Positions 15,773 to 24,227 are shown, counted from the stretch's first letter. The stretch: 24,227 nt of DNA from a virus (IMGVR_UViG_3300048881_000107:1-24227); one strand, 5' to 3'. Numbers and translations: made by a program. The notes: generated by a model not told the origin, from the sequence alone.

Positions 15773-17130
15773 GGTATTTAGGATTTAGTGAAGGCTTTCA
15801 TGACGCTGCAGTTGCTATAGTGGATCGCAATGTTTTTAGTAATAACATTGTATTCGCAGCTCATGCTGAAAGATACACAGGCATTAAGAACGATCCAAAA
15901 CTTCCAAAAGAACTTAGAGACATGGAACATGACCAGTCTATATTCTATGAAGATATAAGGTTAAAAAACATTAGAAGGGAACGTGCGGGACAAAGACCAC
16001 AAGCTACACCTTATAGCACTTTTCATGTTAAACATCATCAATCTCATGCAGCAGCAGGATACTATACTGCTCCTTTTGATAAAGAAGATACAGTATGTGT
16101 AGTAGTAGACGCTATAGGAGAATTAACAACTACAAGCATTTGGACTCATAATGGAGTTGAATTATCTTGTAAGTGGTATGAAGAATATCCGTGGTCGTTA
16201 GGTCTATTTTATAGTGCTATAACGAAGCGTATTGGATTAAAGCCAAATGAAGATGAGTTCATCACTATGGGCATGGCAGCGTATGGGGAACCAATAGTAG
16301 ATATGTCATGGTGTTTTGCTCCTGATAGTAATTGGCATAGAGGATTCTTAATGCAAGACTTTAAAGGGCATCATATTTATGATATCGCTGCAAGTGCCCA
16401 GTATTATTTACAAGATGAACTTATAAAGCTAATGGGACGAGCCTTTCTTCACGGAAAGAAATTAATTTATGGAGGAGGGGTTGCATTAAATTGTGTTGCT
16501 AATACAGAAGTAGCGAAACAATTTGATGATATTTGGATATTTCCTAACCCAGGCGACGCAGGAAGTAGTTTAGGCGCAGTAGCAGCTCATATGAACGAAG
16601 ATATAAGCTGGCGAGACTGTTATTTAGGATATAATATAAGTAGAAAAGTAAATCCAAAAGAAGTGGTAGCCTACTTATTAAAAAATAAAATATGTGGAGT
16701 AGCAAATGGAAAAGCAGAATTTGGACCTCGAGCCTTGGGCAATAGGTCTTTACTTGGTGATTGCCGTTATAATATTAAACGGAAAGTTAATCGCATTAAA
16801 AGAAGGCAGAAGTTTCGACCCTTTGCCCCCGCAATTCTTGAGGAGTTCGCAGATGAATATTTTGACGGATACAAAAACGAATACATGCAGTTTGTCTCAC
16901 AAGCAAAACACAACTGCAAAGCAGTCACGCATGTGGATGGTAGCGCAAGAGTTCAGGTCGTAAAGAAAAATTGTAGGTCAGTTTTAAGAGCTATACTAGA
17001 AGAATGGTATGAGCAAACTAGATGTCCTATGCTATTAAATACAAGTTTAAATATTAAAGGACACCCTATGGTAAATACCGAAAGAGATGCCCTAAGATTT
17101 GAAAAAGAATATGGAGTTAAAGTATTTTGA
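15769..17130 (+). CDS. Carbamoyltransferase (NodU/CmcH/TobZ family)
   Basis: HDAA, HHQSHAA, DAIGE, GGVALNCVAN, EFGPRALGNRS, FRPFAP, THVDGSARVQ and LLNTSLN. Confidence 0.93.
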   Translation: MRYLGFSEGFHDAAVAIVDRNVFSNNIVFAAHAERYTGIKNDPKLPKELRDMEHDQSIFYEDIRLKNIRRERAGQRPQATPYSTFHVKHHQSHAAAGYYTAPFDKEDTVCVVVDAIGELTTTSIWTHNGVELSCKWYEEYPWSLGLFYSAITKRIGLKPNEDEFITMGMAAYGEPIVDMSWCFAPDSNWHRGFLMQDFKGHHIYDIAASAQYYLQDELIKLMGRAFLHGKKLIYGGGVALNCVANTEVAKQFDDIWIFPNPGDAGSSLGAVAAHMNEDISWRDCYLGYNISRKVNPKEVVAYLLKNKICGVANGKAEFGPRALGNRSLLGDCRYNIKRKVNRIKRRQKFRPFAPAILEEFADEYFDGYKNEYMQFVSQAKHNCKAVTHVDGSARVQVVKKNCRSVLRAILEEWYEQTRCPMLLNTSLNIKGHPMVNTERDALRFEKEYGVKVF

Positions 17131-17930
17131 TTTATTTTAATGGTTGCAGTTTTGTTAAAGGATTTGAAATGGACGACAATAAAATAAATTGTTTTCCTGC
17201 TTTGATTGCACAGAAATTAAATACTGGTTTTTATAATCATGCAAAAGTGGGGGGTAGTAATGAGAGGATTCAAAGAACTACACAAAACTATATACTGATG
17301 GATAAGAAACCAGAAACATTTAATAAAGGAGGTTATCTTATGGAGTTAGAACATAAGTGCAAAACTGACCTAGCTATTATAATGTGGACTGGAATGAATA
17401 GATTAGAAACAATGGAAGGAACAAGATGGAGAACTGCTAATTGGAAAACCTTTAAACTAGATGTACCTAATGACTATTTACCTACACAAGACTCAAATCT
17501 TACAGAAGAAAATGCTAAAGATCCAAAGTATTATTTATACTTAAATGGATATGTAAAAACTTTAAGTGCTAGATATAATTTAAAGAGATCAATAACTGGT
17601 ATGTTAGCGACTAAGTATTTTTTAGAAGCGCTAAACATTCCTTATTTATTCTATAGTTTTTCTTCAAAGCACTTTACTCCACTACTCCATCTCTTAGATG
17701 AAGAATATAGTGAATATACGAATATAGGTTGGTCGTCGTATGAGATGAGTAAGAAAGAAGTATTAAGAGAACTTCCTTTTTTAAAACAAGATGGATTTCT
17801 TGAGATAACAAAAAAGGCAAAACTACCACTAGGAAGAAAAGACCACCCATTAGAAGAAGCCCATATTAATATGGCAGATATTATACTAGGAGATATAAAA
17901 AGACATGGCTATGATAAAACGATTAATTAA
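17127..17930 (+). CDS. SGNH-hydrolase-like protein
   Basis: FNGCSF (GDS-like), GGSNERI and DHPLEEAH. TTG start overlaps the upstream stop. Confidence 0.65.
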   Translation: MIYFNGCSFVKGFEMDDNKINCFPALIAQKLNTGFYNHAKVGGSNERIQRTTQNYILMDKKPETFNKGGYLMELEHKCKTDLAIIMWTGMNRLETMEGTRWRTANWKTFKLDVPNDYLPTQDSNLTEENAKDPKYYLYLNGYVKTLSARYNLKRSITGMLATKYFLEALNIPYLFYSFSSKHFTPLLHLLDEEYSEYTNIGWSSYEMSKKEVLRELPFLKQDGFLEITKKAKLPLGRKDHPLEEAHINMADIILGDIKRHGYDKTIN

Positions 17931-18030
17931 GAAAGTGAAAGCAAAATATTACGAGTTCAAAATCTGGCTTACATATCAACCAGATACCTATGTTTATGAA
18001 GACGAAACAAAAATTAAACCTCAAAAATAG
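17911..18030 (+). CDS. Small hypothetical peptide (39 aa, not in ORF track)
   Basis: MIKRLIKKVKAKYYEFKIWLTYQPDTYVYEDETKIKPQK, overlaps the upstream ORF. Confidence 0.5.
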   Translation: MIKRLIKKVKAKYYEFKIWLTYQPDTYVYEDETKIKPQK

Positions 18031-18051
18031 GTCACATTCAAAAAATATTTC

Positions 18052-18080
18052 TTGACAAGAGGTCAAATTTTTAGTATAAT
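18052..18080 (+). promoter_or_regulatory. sigma70 consensus promoter for ligase B
   Basis: TTGACA-17 nt-TATAAT, containing the inverted repeat TTGAC-N5-GTCAA. Confidence 0.9.
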
Positions 18081-18110
18081 AATACTATAAATTGGAAATA
18101 GAAGCAAACG

Positions 18111-18860
18111 ATGAAACAAATAGAAATTCCGACACATTGTCCTAATTGCGACAGTCCTGTAGAGGAGGTGAACGATCTTTTATATTGTAGAAACCCAAAC
18201 TGCACAGCACAATGGGATAAAAAATTAAAACACTTTGCTTCTACTCTCAAGATTAAAGGTCTCGGAGTGGCAACTATTGCCAAACTAGACCTTTTTGATT
18301 ATCCAGAACTATATCAGCTCTCGGTAGCGGAAATTACGGAAAGGCTAGGTTCAGAAAAGTTAGCAACTAAACTGTATGATGAAATACAGAGGTCAGCAAA
18401 AGTAGACTTACAAACTCTGATACCAGCTTTCTCTATACCGCTTTTCGGTCGGTCAGCTTCTCAAAAGTTATGCGAAAAAATATCTCATATCGAAAAGATA
18501 ACCGAAGCAAGTTGTACTGAAGCGGGTATCGGACCAAAGGCTACTTCCAATTTATTGAAATGGCTTGATTTGGAATTCTATCCAAATCATTATATAAGCA
18601 ACCTACCTTTTAGTTTCAAATCTAAAAGAGTAGTAAAACGCAATGTTATTGGTGTTGTTTGTATAAGTGGCAAACTCAAGAGTTTCCGCACAAAAGCCGA
18701 GGCGCAAGAAGTTCTGGAAAAACACGGCTTTGCCGTAAAACCTAGCCTGACCAAAGACTGCACTCATCTAATAAATGAGAGTGGAATTGAGTCAGCCAAA
18801 ACGAAGACTGCTCGGGAACGAGGAGTCACTATAATAAACAATATAACAACATTAATTTAG
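18111..18860 (+). CDS. ligB: NAD-dependent DNA ligase subunit B (Zn finger, HhH, BRCT)
   Basis: PTHCPNC...YCRNPNC Zn finger, IKGLG and GIG HhH motifs, VCISGKL...KAR BRCT. Confidence 0.9.
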   Translation: MKQIEIPTHCPNCDSPVEEVNDLLYCRNPNCTAQWDKKLKHFASTLKIKGLGVATIAKLDLFDYPELYQLSVAEITERLGSEKLATKLYDEIQRSAKVDLQTLIPAFSIPLFGRSASQKLCEKISHIEKITEASCTEAGIGPKATSNLLKWLDLEFYPNHYISNLPFSFKSKRVVKRNVIGVVCISGKLKSFRTKAEAQEVLEKHGFAVKPSLTKDCTHLINESGIESAKTKTARERGVTIINNITTLI

Positions 18861-18871
18861 AGGAAAATAGA

Positions 18872-19591
18872 ATGGCATTACCAAAATGGACAGACGAAAG
18901 AACCCAACAACTAACAGACTTTGTTGGCAGTGAAAGCCCAGTTTCTCAAGCTACTGTTGCTGATGCTGCTGAAGAATTAGAAACTTCAGTTAGATCAGTA
19001 TCTAGTAAACTTAGAAAAATGGGATTTGACGTAGAGCTAGCTTCCAGCTCAAACACTAAAACTTTTAGTGACGAACAAGAAGCAACTTTAAGAAACTTTG
19101 TAACCGACAATAGTCAAGGTTACACTTATGCAGAAATAGCATCTTCATTCGAAGGTGGACACTTTACTGCTAAGTCTATACAAGGAAAAATCCTTTCTAT
19201 GCAACTTACCGAGCATGTAAAACCAGCTCCTAAGGTCGAAAGTGTTAAAACTTATTCAGATGATGAAGAAGTTACATTTATCGGCATGGTTAATGATAAC
19301 GCATTTATTGAAGAAATCGCAGCTGCTTTAGACAGAAGCGTAAATTCTATCAGAGGAAAAGCATTATCTTTACTAAGGGCAGGTTCCATCAATGCAATAC
19401 CTAAGCAAAAAGAAACTAAAGGTTCTGGAAAAGCAGATCCTTTAGCAGGTGTGGAAATTGATAACTTAACTGTAGAAGAAATTGCTGATGAAATCGGCAA
19501 AACAGTTAGAGGTGTCAAAACTATGCTTACTAGACGTGGCTTAGTTTGCGTTGACTACGACGGAAGTGCTAGAAAAGAAAGAGTTCAGTAA
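18872..19591 (+). CDS. T5 D5-like DNA-binding protein
   Basis: Repeated HTH units (SVRSVSSKLRKMG, SIQGKILS, SVNSIRGKALS, KTVRGVKTMLTRRGL) between ligase B and helicase, as in T5. Confidence 0.82.
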   Translation: MALPKWTDERTQQLTDFVGSESPVSQATVADAAEELETSVRSVSSKLRKMGFDVELASSSNTKTFSDEQEATLRNFVTDNSQGYTYAEIASSFEGGHFTAKSIQGKILSMQLTEHVKPAPKVESVKTYSDDEEVTFIGMVNDNAFIEEIAAALDRSVNSIRGKALSLLRAGSINAIPKQKETKGSGKADPLAGVEIDNLTVEEIADEIGKTVRGVKTMLTRRGLVCVDYDGSARKERVQ

Positions 19592-19607
19592 GTAACTTTT
19601 CATTGTA

Positions 19608-19653
19608 CAGTAGGGTTCGTATCGGAATTTTCCGATTATTACGAACCCTGCTG
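19608..19653 (+). other. Long intergenic hairpin (processing site or attenuator)
   Basis: CAGTAGGGTTCGT-ATCGGAA-TT-TTCCGAT-TATT-ACGAACCCTGCTG. Confidence 0.6.
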
Positions 19654-19666
19654 ATTCTTGGGAGAG

Positions 19667-21028
19667 ATGATGGCGATAGAAAGTGCATTACTGAAACAAA
19701 TCGTTGAACATGGTGATTTTGACACATGGAACGATCTTAAACAACACTATCTTCCACAAGGCGAATACCAAAAGCTCTGGAAGGTTGTGGATAAACACGT
19801 CCATAAATACCATGAGCTACCATCATTTGAGGATCTCAAGTCTGAGATTCGATCCCGTGAACTACAAGAAAAGATATATGCGATAGAATCCGTAGATACG
19901 GACGTGCCCGCGTATAAATTACTAGAGTATCTTAAAGATCAGTTTACTCAAGCAGAGATACTAGAAAGAATAGAGGAGTATATAGACGAACATATTACTA
20001 TTGCAGATGCAGGAGAAAATATTGATTACATGCAAAAAATAGTAGTAGATGTTCAAGATAGAGTAGAGACTGCAACTGATAACGAGAGTATGGAATCAGT
20101 TGAGTTATTCGACTCAGAAGAAGATTTAGCAAAATATTTACCCCTTGGACTTAACAATGATTATGACAAGGATAATAATTTCTCTCCCAAAGACTTGGTC
20201 ATTGTGGGAGGCGGAAGTGGTAAAGGTAAATCATTCACTTGTTGTAATATAGCAGATTCAGTCTATAATAGAGGAAGATCTGTATTATATTTTACAATAG
20301 AAATGGATTCTCGTAGTATTCTACAGAGATTAGCCGCAGTAGCTACAGGAGTTCCCTTGAAACGACTTCATGCAAGAAATTTAGTCGATTTTGAATGGGA
20401 AGCAGTAGCTGGTTGGTGGGCTAACCGTTTCGAAAATGGAGATGAACCTTTAGAGACCTTCAAAAAAGAAAGAGATTTTGATAAGTTCACTTATGAACTT
20501 CAAAGAAATCCTTTAAAAGAAGGAGCCCAAATTGATGTATTTTACGATCCTGGGCTCACTCTTGCTAAAATAATAGCAGTAGTGAGACAGAAGAAAGTAG
20601 AACACAAAGATTTAGGATTAGTCATAGTAGACTATCTAAACCAAGTACGCCGCCACAATGTTCCAGGTCGCTCTGGTCAATATGATTGGACAGAGCAGAT
20701 AGAAATATCTAAGGGAATGAAACAGTTGGCTCAAGAGGTAAATATCTTGTGTTTAAGTGCATTTCAAACCAATCCTAAAGGAGAGGCGAGATTTGCTAGA
20801 GGAATATATGATGCAGTAGACGCTGCATATGTAATAGAGCATTGGGGCAAAGAAGAACCAGCAATTAAACTTAATTGTGTAAAGATGAGAAACGGAGATC
20901 CATCAGGATTTACAAGTACGATGGATTGGGACTCATTAAAAATTGGACCAACTAGCACACTAGATCCCGAAGAAAGGGATAAGCTAGAAGAAGCTATGAA
21001 GAAAAATGAATCAATAGACGATATGTAG
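19667..21028 (+). CDS. DnaB-like replicative helicase (T5 D6-like)
   Basis: Walker A GGGSGKGKS, FTIEM, Walker B IVDYL, KMRN. ATG after GGGAG. Confidence 0.9.
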   Translation: MMAIESALLKQIVEHGDFDTWNDLKQHYLPQGEYQKLWKVVDKHVHKYHELPSFEDLKSEIRSRELQEKIYAIESVDTDVPAYKLLEYLKDQFTQAEILERIEEYIDEHITIADAGENIDYMQKIVVDVQDRVETATDNESMESVELFDSEEDLAKYLPLGLNNDYDKDNNFSPKDLVIVGGGSGKGKSFTCCNIADSVYNRGRSVLYFTIEMDSRSILQRLAAVATGVPLKRLHARNLVDFEWEAVAGWWANRFENGDEPLETFKKERDFDKFTYELQRNPLKEGAQIDVFYDPGLTLAKIIAVVRQKKVEHKDLGLVIVDYLNQVRRHNVPGRSGQYDWTEQIEISKGMKQLAQEVNILCLSAFQTNPKGEARFARGIYDAVDAAYVIEHWGKEEPAIKLNCVKMRNGDPSGFTSTMDWDSLKIGPTSTLDPEERDKLEEAMKKNESIDDM

Positions 21029-21102
21029 GGGCTGTAGCTCAATGGGAGAGCATCTGCCTTGCACGTAGAAGGTTGAGAGTTCGAATCTCTCCAGCTCCAC
21101 CA
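21028..21102 (+). tRNA. tRNA-Ala(TGC)
   Basis: GGGGCTG/CAGCTCC acceptor with G3:U70, anticodon TGC, TTCGAAT loop, encoded CCA. Confidence 0.95.
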
Positions 21103-21112
21103 AACTAATAAA

Positions 21113-21188
21113 GGCTCATTAGTTAAGTGGTATATAACACCGCCCTGTCACGGCGGAGTCAGGAGTTCGATTCTCCTATGAGCCGCCA
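21113..21188 (+). tRNA. tRNA-Asp(GTC)
   Basis: GGCTCAT/ATGAGCC acceptor, CCGCC-CT GTC AC-GGCGG anticodon arm, G discriminator, encoded CCA. Confidence 0.95.
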
Positions 21189-21206
21189 AATTTGAAAGGA
21201 AGTAAA

Positions 21207-21380
21207 ATGGAAATGATGAAAATATTAACCAAACTGCTAGTTGTAAAAGGACAGCTTCAAGCAGCTAATGATTATCAAGCTATGCTTATGGATAAACCAT
21301 TAGCTATTGTTGAAGAAATAATAGAAGAAGTTACAAAAGAAGTGCAAATGCGACAACAGTTTGAGGACGAATGTGGCTAA
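21207..21380 (+). CDS. Hypothetical protein
   Basis: AAGGA RBS then ATG at 21207. Confidence 0.6.
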   Translation: MEMMKILTKLLVVKGQLQAANDYQAMLMDKPLAIVEEIIEEVTKEVQMRQQFEDECG

Positions 21381-21570
21381 GGGAAAGAAGCAAATAGTAT
21401 ATTTGATTCCAGAAAGTGAGTCAAGGAATAGCCATACCTATCATTATTCAGTATATAAGACAACAAGAATGATATCGGAACAGAGAAAACTTAGAATGAA
21501 AAAATATAATCCGATAAAGGGGAAACACGAATTTTTTATAGAAGCTAAGTTACCTAAACACACGAAGTGA
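21373..21570 (+). CDS. rpmG: Phage-encoded 50S ribosomal protein bL33 (Cys-free type)
   Basis: MAKG...VYLI...HYSVYK...KLRMKKYNPIKGKHEFFIEAK aligns with bL33 (KLELKKFDP..RQHV.YKEAK). GTG start after GAGGA. Confidence 0.78.
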   Translation: MAKGKKQIVYLIPESESRNSHTYHYSVYKTTRMISEQRKLRMKKYNPIKGKHEFFIEAKLPKHTK

Positions 21571-21848
21571 GAAATTGGGTATCAAAGCATGACAAAAACA
21601 AGGGCGGAGCTCATAAGTCCAAGAAGGACTATGACCGCAAGGATAGGAGCAAAATGGAAGAAGAATTCGATTATTTGAATTTGGATACACAATTAAACAA
21701 CTTACAAGTAGCAATACATGTAGTAAGACAGCTTCAACAGAACTGTAATAATGCAAGTCTGTGGACGCAGTATCAAGAAGAAATAGATACATTAAACAAA
21801 AAAGTAGAGGAACTTACAAATGACAAGAGTGAAAAAGGACACATTTGA
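21567..21848 (+). CDS. Hypothetical protein with basic N-terminal peptide and coiled coil
   Basis: GTGA coupling. N-terminus NWVSKHDKNKGGAHKSKKDYDRK, with an internal AGGAG-ATG in frame at 21654. Confidence 0.55.
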   Translation: MRNWVSKHDKNKGGAHKSKKDYDRKDRSKMEEEFDYLNLDTQLNNLQVAIHVVRQLQQNCNNASLWTQYQEEIDTLNKKVEELTNDKSEKGHI

Positions 21849-22116
21849 GCAGAGGCTGGAGCGAAGAATGAAAAATTGGAAACAAGAACAGCACGAAAAG
21901 AAAGTCTTTGGTGACCCAGAGACAGAAGAAGTTGAATGGAAAATCGTAAAACTAGAAGGTGGTGGATATATGAGAAAGCCTTTTAAGAAGAAACAAGCTA
22001 CCGTTTATGACGGCTGGCATTGGAATGGACATTTAAACAAATTTGAAAGGTGGAAAGAACATTTAGAGAGTATGAAATCGAAGGCTTTTAAGGAGTGGTA
22101 TACTCGTGGCGGCTGA
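21820..22116 (+). CDS. Hypothetical protein
   Basis: ORF with GAGGA RBS. Confidence 0.6.
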   Translation: MTRVKKDTFEQRLERRMKNWKQEQHEKKVFGDPETEEVEWKIVKLEGGGYMRKPFKKKQATVYDGWHWNGHLNKFERWKEHLESMKSKAFKEWYTRGG

Positions 22117-22663
22117 TAGAGTAAGCAGAGAAACTGCACATATGGTTCCCCTTCCACCACATAGTTGGCAATGGAAGAAAGTAGGTTGGCTTTTAGAACA
22201 AGCTAAAATAAAAGAAAATATTGCGAATGTTCCAGAAAATAAACCACTAGAAGAAAGTTTAAGATTACATGGTATGCTAAATCCAATACTATGTATGCCT
22301 AATTGGTGGCCGATTGCAGGATCTCAAAGATTGAGGGTTCTAAATGATATGGTTAAAAGACAAGCCACAGTTAATGACTGGGAGGTAAATGTTTGCACAT
22401 TTGATGCAGAATACTGGTTATTGTGGTATCTCTGGGGTGATGTAGACTTTAGAGACAAAGCGGTAGCAATTACATTTCAAATGTTAGAATTAGTATGGAA
22501 ATCACGATACTACAAGTTTGAAACCGACCCTGATGGAACAGAAATGACTTATTTCGAGAAACTAGGAGACGAGCTAGAGTGGAAGCATACTGGGAGACTA
22601 GCAAAAATGAGAGAAGAAAGCAGAAGGGCGAAACTAGATGAGGACAATCTTCCTATAGGATAG
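22106..22663 (+). CDS. ParB/Srx-like domain protein
   Basis: SLRLHGMLNPIL...IAGSQRLRVL. Confidence 0.55.
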   Translation: MAADRVSRETAHMVPLPPHSWQWKKVGWLLEQAKIKENIANVPENKPLEESLRLHGMLNPILCMPNWWPIAGSQRLRVLNDMVKRQATVNDWEVNVCTFDAEYWLLWYLWGDVDFRDKAVAITFQMLELVWKSRYYKFETDPDGTEMTYFEKLGDELEWKHTGRLAKMREESRRAKLDEDNLPIG

Positions 22664-22674
22664 GAAAATAGTTC

Positions 22675-22703
22675 TTGACAATGCGTTCAAAATTTGATAT
22701 AAT
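22675..22703 (+). promoter_or_regulatory. sigma70 consensus promoter for primase and polymerase
   Basis: AAAATAGTTC-TTGACA-17 nt-TATAAT. Confidence 0.9.
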
Positions 22704-22712
22704 AGAGGGATA

Positions 22713-23552
22713 ATGACAGCAGAAGAATTACTTGCGGAGAAAGGTTTAGATTACCAGCTTAAAGGGCAGGACGCACTTATTAGTTGTCTTAATCCTGAGC
22801 ATGACGATACGAACCCTAGTTTGAGGGTAGATAAAGTAACAGGTATCATGCATTGTTTCTCCTGCGGTTTTAAAGGTAACCTATTTACATATTGGGGAGC
22901 TCCAGCAAGTCCTTTAGAAGTAAGAATACACAGAATTAAAGAAAAAATAGCGGCAACAAGATCACAAACAGTTGGTATTTCTCTCCCGAAAGACCGCATA
23001 GAATGGGCAGGCGGTGGCTTCAGAAACATATCTGAAGAAACCTTAAGAATTTGGCAGGCTTTCACATGGAACGCCCCAAAGTTCGAAGGTCGCATCGTCT
23101 TCCCCATTCGAGATATAACTGGAAAGACTGTTGCATTGATAGGTAGATTAATAACAGGTATGGGCTCAGAAAAGTATTATATCTATCCGCATGGAGTTAA
23201 ACTTCCATTTTGTCCTGCAAAGGTTAAGCCTATACAAAACAGAGTCATATTGGTTGAGGGAGTATTTGATGCACTCAATCTTTGGGACAAGGGGTTAAAG
23301 AATACTGTGTGCTGTTTTGGCACACAACAAATGGATTGGGTTAAATTATCCTTGCTAAAATTGCAAGGAGTGAACGGAGTAGATATTATATTTGATGGAG
23401 ATGAGGCTGGAAGACGAGCTGCCGAACAGATAAAAGGAGTGGCAGAACAATTAGAAATGTCAGTACAAATAGTAAATCTACCAGAAGGAGGCGACCCAGG
23501 CGATCTAGTTTTAGATCAAATAAACAGATTAAAAGAGAAATTATACGCATGA
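22713..23552 (+). CDS. DNA primase (CHC2 Zn finger plus TOPRIM)
   Basis: CLNPEHDDTNPS...HCFSCG, LVEGVFD and FDGDEAG. Confidence 0.92.
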   Translation: MTAEELLAEKGLDYQLKGQDALISCLNPEHDDTNPSLRVDKVTGIMHCFSCGFKGNLFTYWGAPASPLEVRIHRIKEKIAATRSQTVGISLPKDRIEWAGGGFRNISEETLRIWQAFTWNAPKFEGRIVFPIRDITGKTVALIGRLITGMGSEKYYIYPHGVKLPFCPAKVKPIQNRVILVEGVFDALNLWDKGLKNTVCCFGTQQMDWVKLSLLKLQGVNGVDIIFDGDEAGRRAAEQIKGVAEQLEMSVQIVNLPEGGDPGDLVLDQINRLKEKLYA

Positions 23553-23722
23553 GAATACGAGATAAAGAATATCAATCATTTGGAATAAACGAATTAAAAA
23601 TGCTATCAGATGATCACCCATCTGATGAAGCTCTGGGCAAGGCTATAAGAGCCATCATACGAGACAAGACATCTAAAGAGATGTATGAATATTATAACGA
23701 ATTACAAAGGAACGCAACATGA
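23549..23722 (+). CDS. Small hypothetical protein (57 aa, not in ORF track)
   Basis: ATGA-coupled at both ends, between primase and polymerase. Confidence 0.6.
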   Translation: MRIRDKEYQSFGINELKMLSDDHPSDEALGKAIRAIIRDKTSKEMYEYYNELQRNAT

Positions 23723-24227
23723 AAATAGCACTAGTAGAAACCAAGCCATCGGCAACTAACTTTAATAAATACTTTGACTTTGATTTCGACAGATTTGCTT
23801 TATGTAGTAATAGTCGGATTCAAAAAGTATTGAAAAAAGATGTTGATATAAACATAAATGCAGATGACTATGATTGGTTAGTATTAGTGGGAGCAGAAGC
23901 GTTTAAGTATTTTACAAGAAAAAGTTCAGTTACAGAATATAATGGCAAAATTATTGATGAGAAGTTTTTAGCATTAATGAACCCTGCCGTTATAAAGTTC
24001 AGACCTGAAGCAAAGAAATCTTTTGAAACAGCAGTAGAAAGTATCACTAAATATATTAGTGGTGAGTTGAAAATCGAAACATTAGATGAGGAAAAATGTT
24101 ATGGAATCCAAGACAAACAAACAGCACTTAAATTCTTACAGGACGCAATTGATGCTCCAAGACCATACATTGCCCTTGACTCGGAGACCAGCGCTCTTTA
24201 TGCTAGAGATGGTTATATGCTTGGCTT
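23719..24227 (+). CDS. T5-like family A DNA polymerase, 5' part (truncated by the window end)
   Basis: Manual translation MKIALVETKP...LVLVGAEAFKY...YIALDSETSALYARDG shows the Exo I DxE motif and a T5 polymerase-like N-terminus. Confidence 0.88.
   Translation, partial: MKIALVETKPSATNFNKYFDFDFDRFALCSNSRIQKVLKKDVDININADDYDWLVLVGAEAFKYFTRKSSVTEYNGKIIDEKFLALMNPAVIKFRPEAKKSFETAVESITKYISGELKIETLDEEKCYGIQDKQTALKFLQDAIDAPRPYIALDSETSALYARDGYMLG

Noticed and set aside
18052-18066. TTGAC-N5-GTCAA palindrome as a dedicated operator
   Set aside because: Perfect in only one promoter and explainable by the shared promoter composition
13136-18860. Ligase as a pseudogene, or an intron- or intein-interrupted gene
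   Set aside because: A two-subunit NAD ligase is normal in T5-like phages. Both halves have intact motifs and their own promoters
2519-22681. Repeated 17-mer as CRISPR repeat or mobile-element ends
   Set aside because: The copies are kilobases apart and each is the -35 part of a promoter. No array or transposase is present
1031-23107. Minus-strand and nested ORFs in the track (e.g. 1031-1372, 4399-4689, 8947-9174, 13113-13346, 16706-16963, 19704-19886, 22751-23107)
   Set aside because: They overlap well-supported genes or promoters and show no recognisable motifs

Overview
This 24.2 kb low-GC window looks like the early/replication region of a T5-like (Demerecviridae-type) tailed phage, probably aquatic. 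The T5-like core genes run D2, D3, a PC4-like ssDNA-binding protein, split NAD-dependent ligase A and B, D5, DnaB-like helicase, primase and the 5' end of a family A DNA polymerase. Accessory blocks sit between them: a putative restriction-modification pair, Hsp20, a GH24 lysozyme/spanin lysis cassette, a 2OG-Fe(II)/JmjC/glycosyltransferase block, and an MTHFR-like/carbamoyltransferase/SGNH block between the two ligase subunits. The window also carries translation genes (bS21, bL33, tRNA-Ala, tRNA-Asp). Nine near-consensus sigma70 promoters, all with 17-nt spacers, are visible, and three appear to yield leaderless mRNAs. The most striking unexplained signals are non-coding: a 166-nt rod-shaped RNA at 9292-9457 with motifs resembling proteobacterial 6S RNA, a promoter-driven structured element with a possible pseudoknot at about 150-340, and a tRNA whose first base is the last base of the helicase stop codon. 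All family calls come from motif recognition by eye, and no database search or folding program was run.
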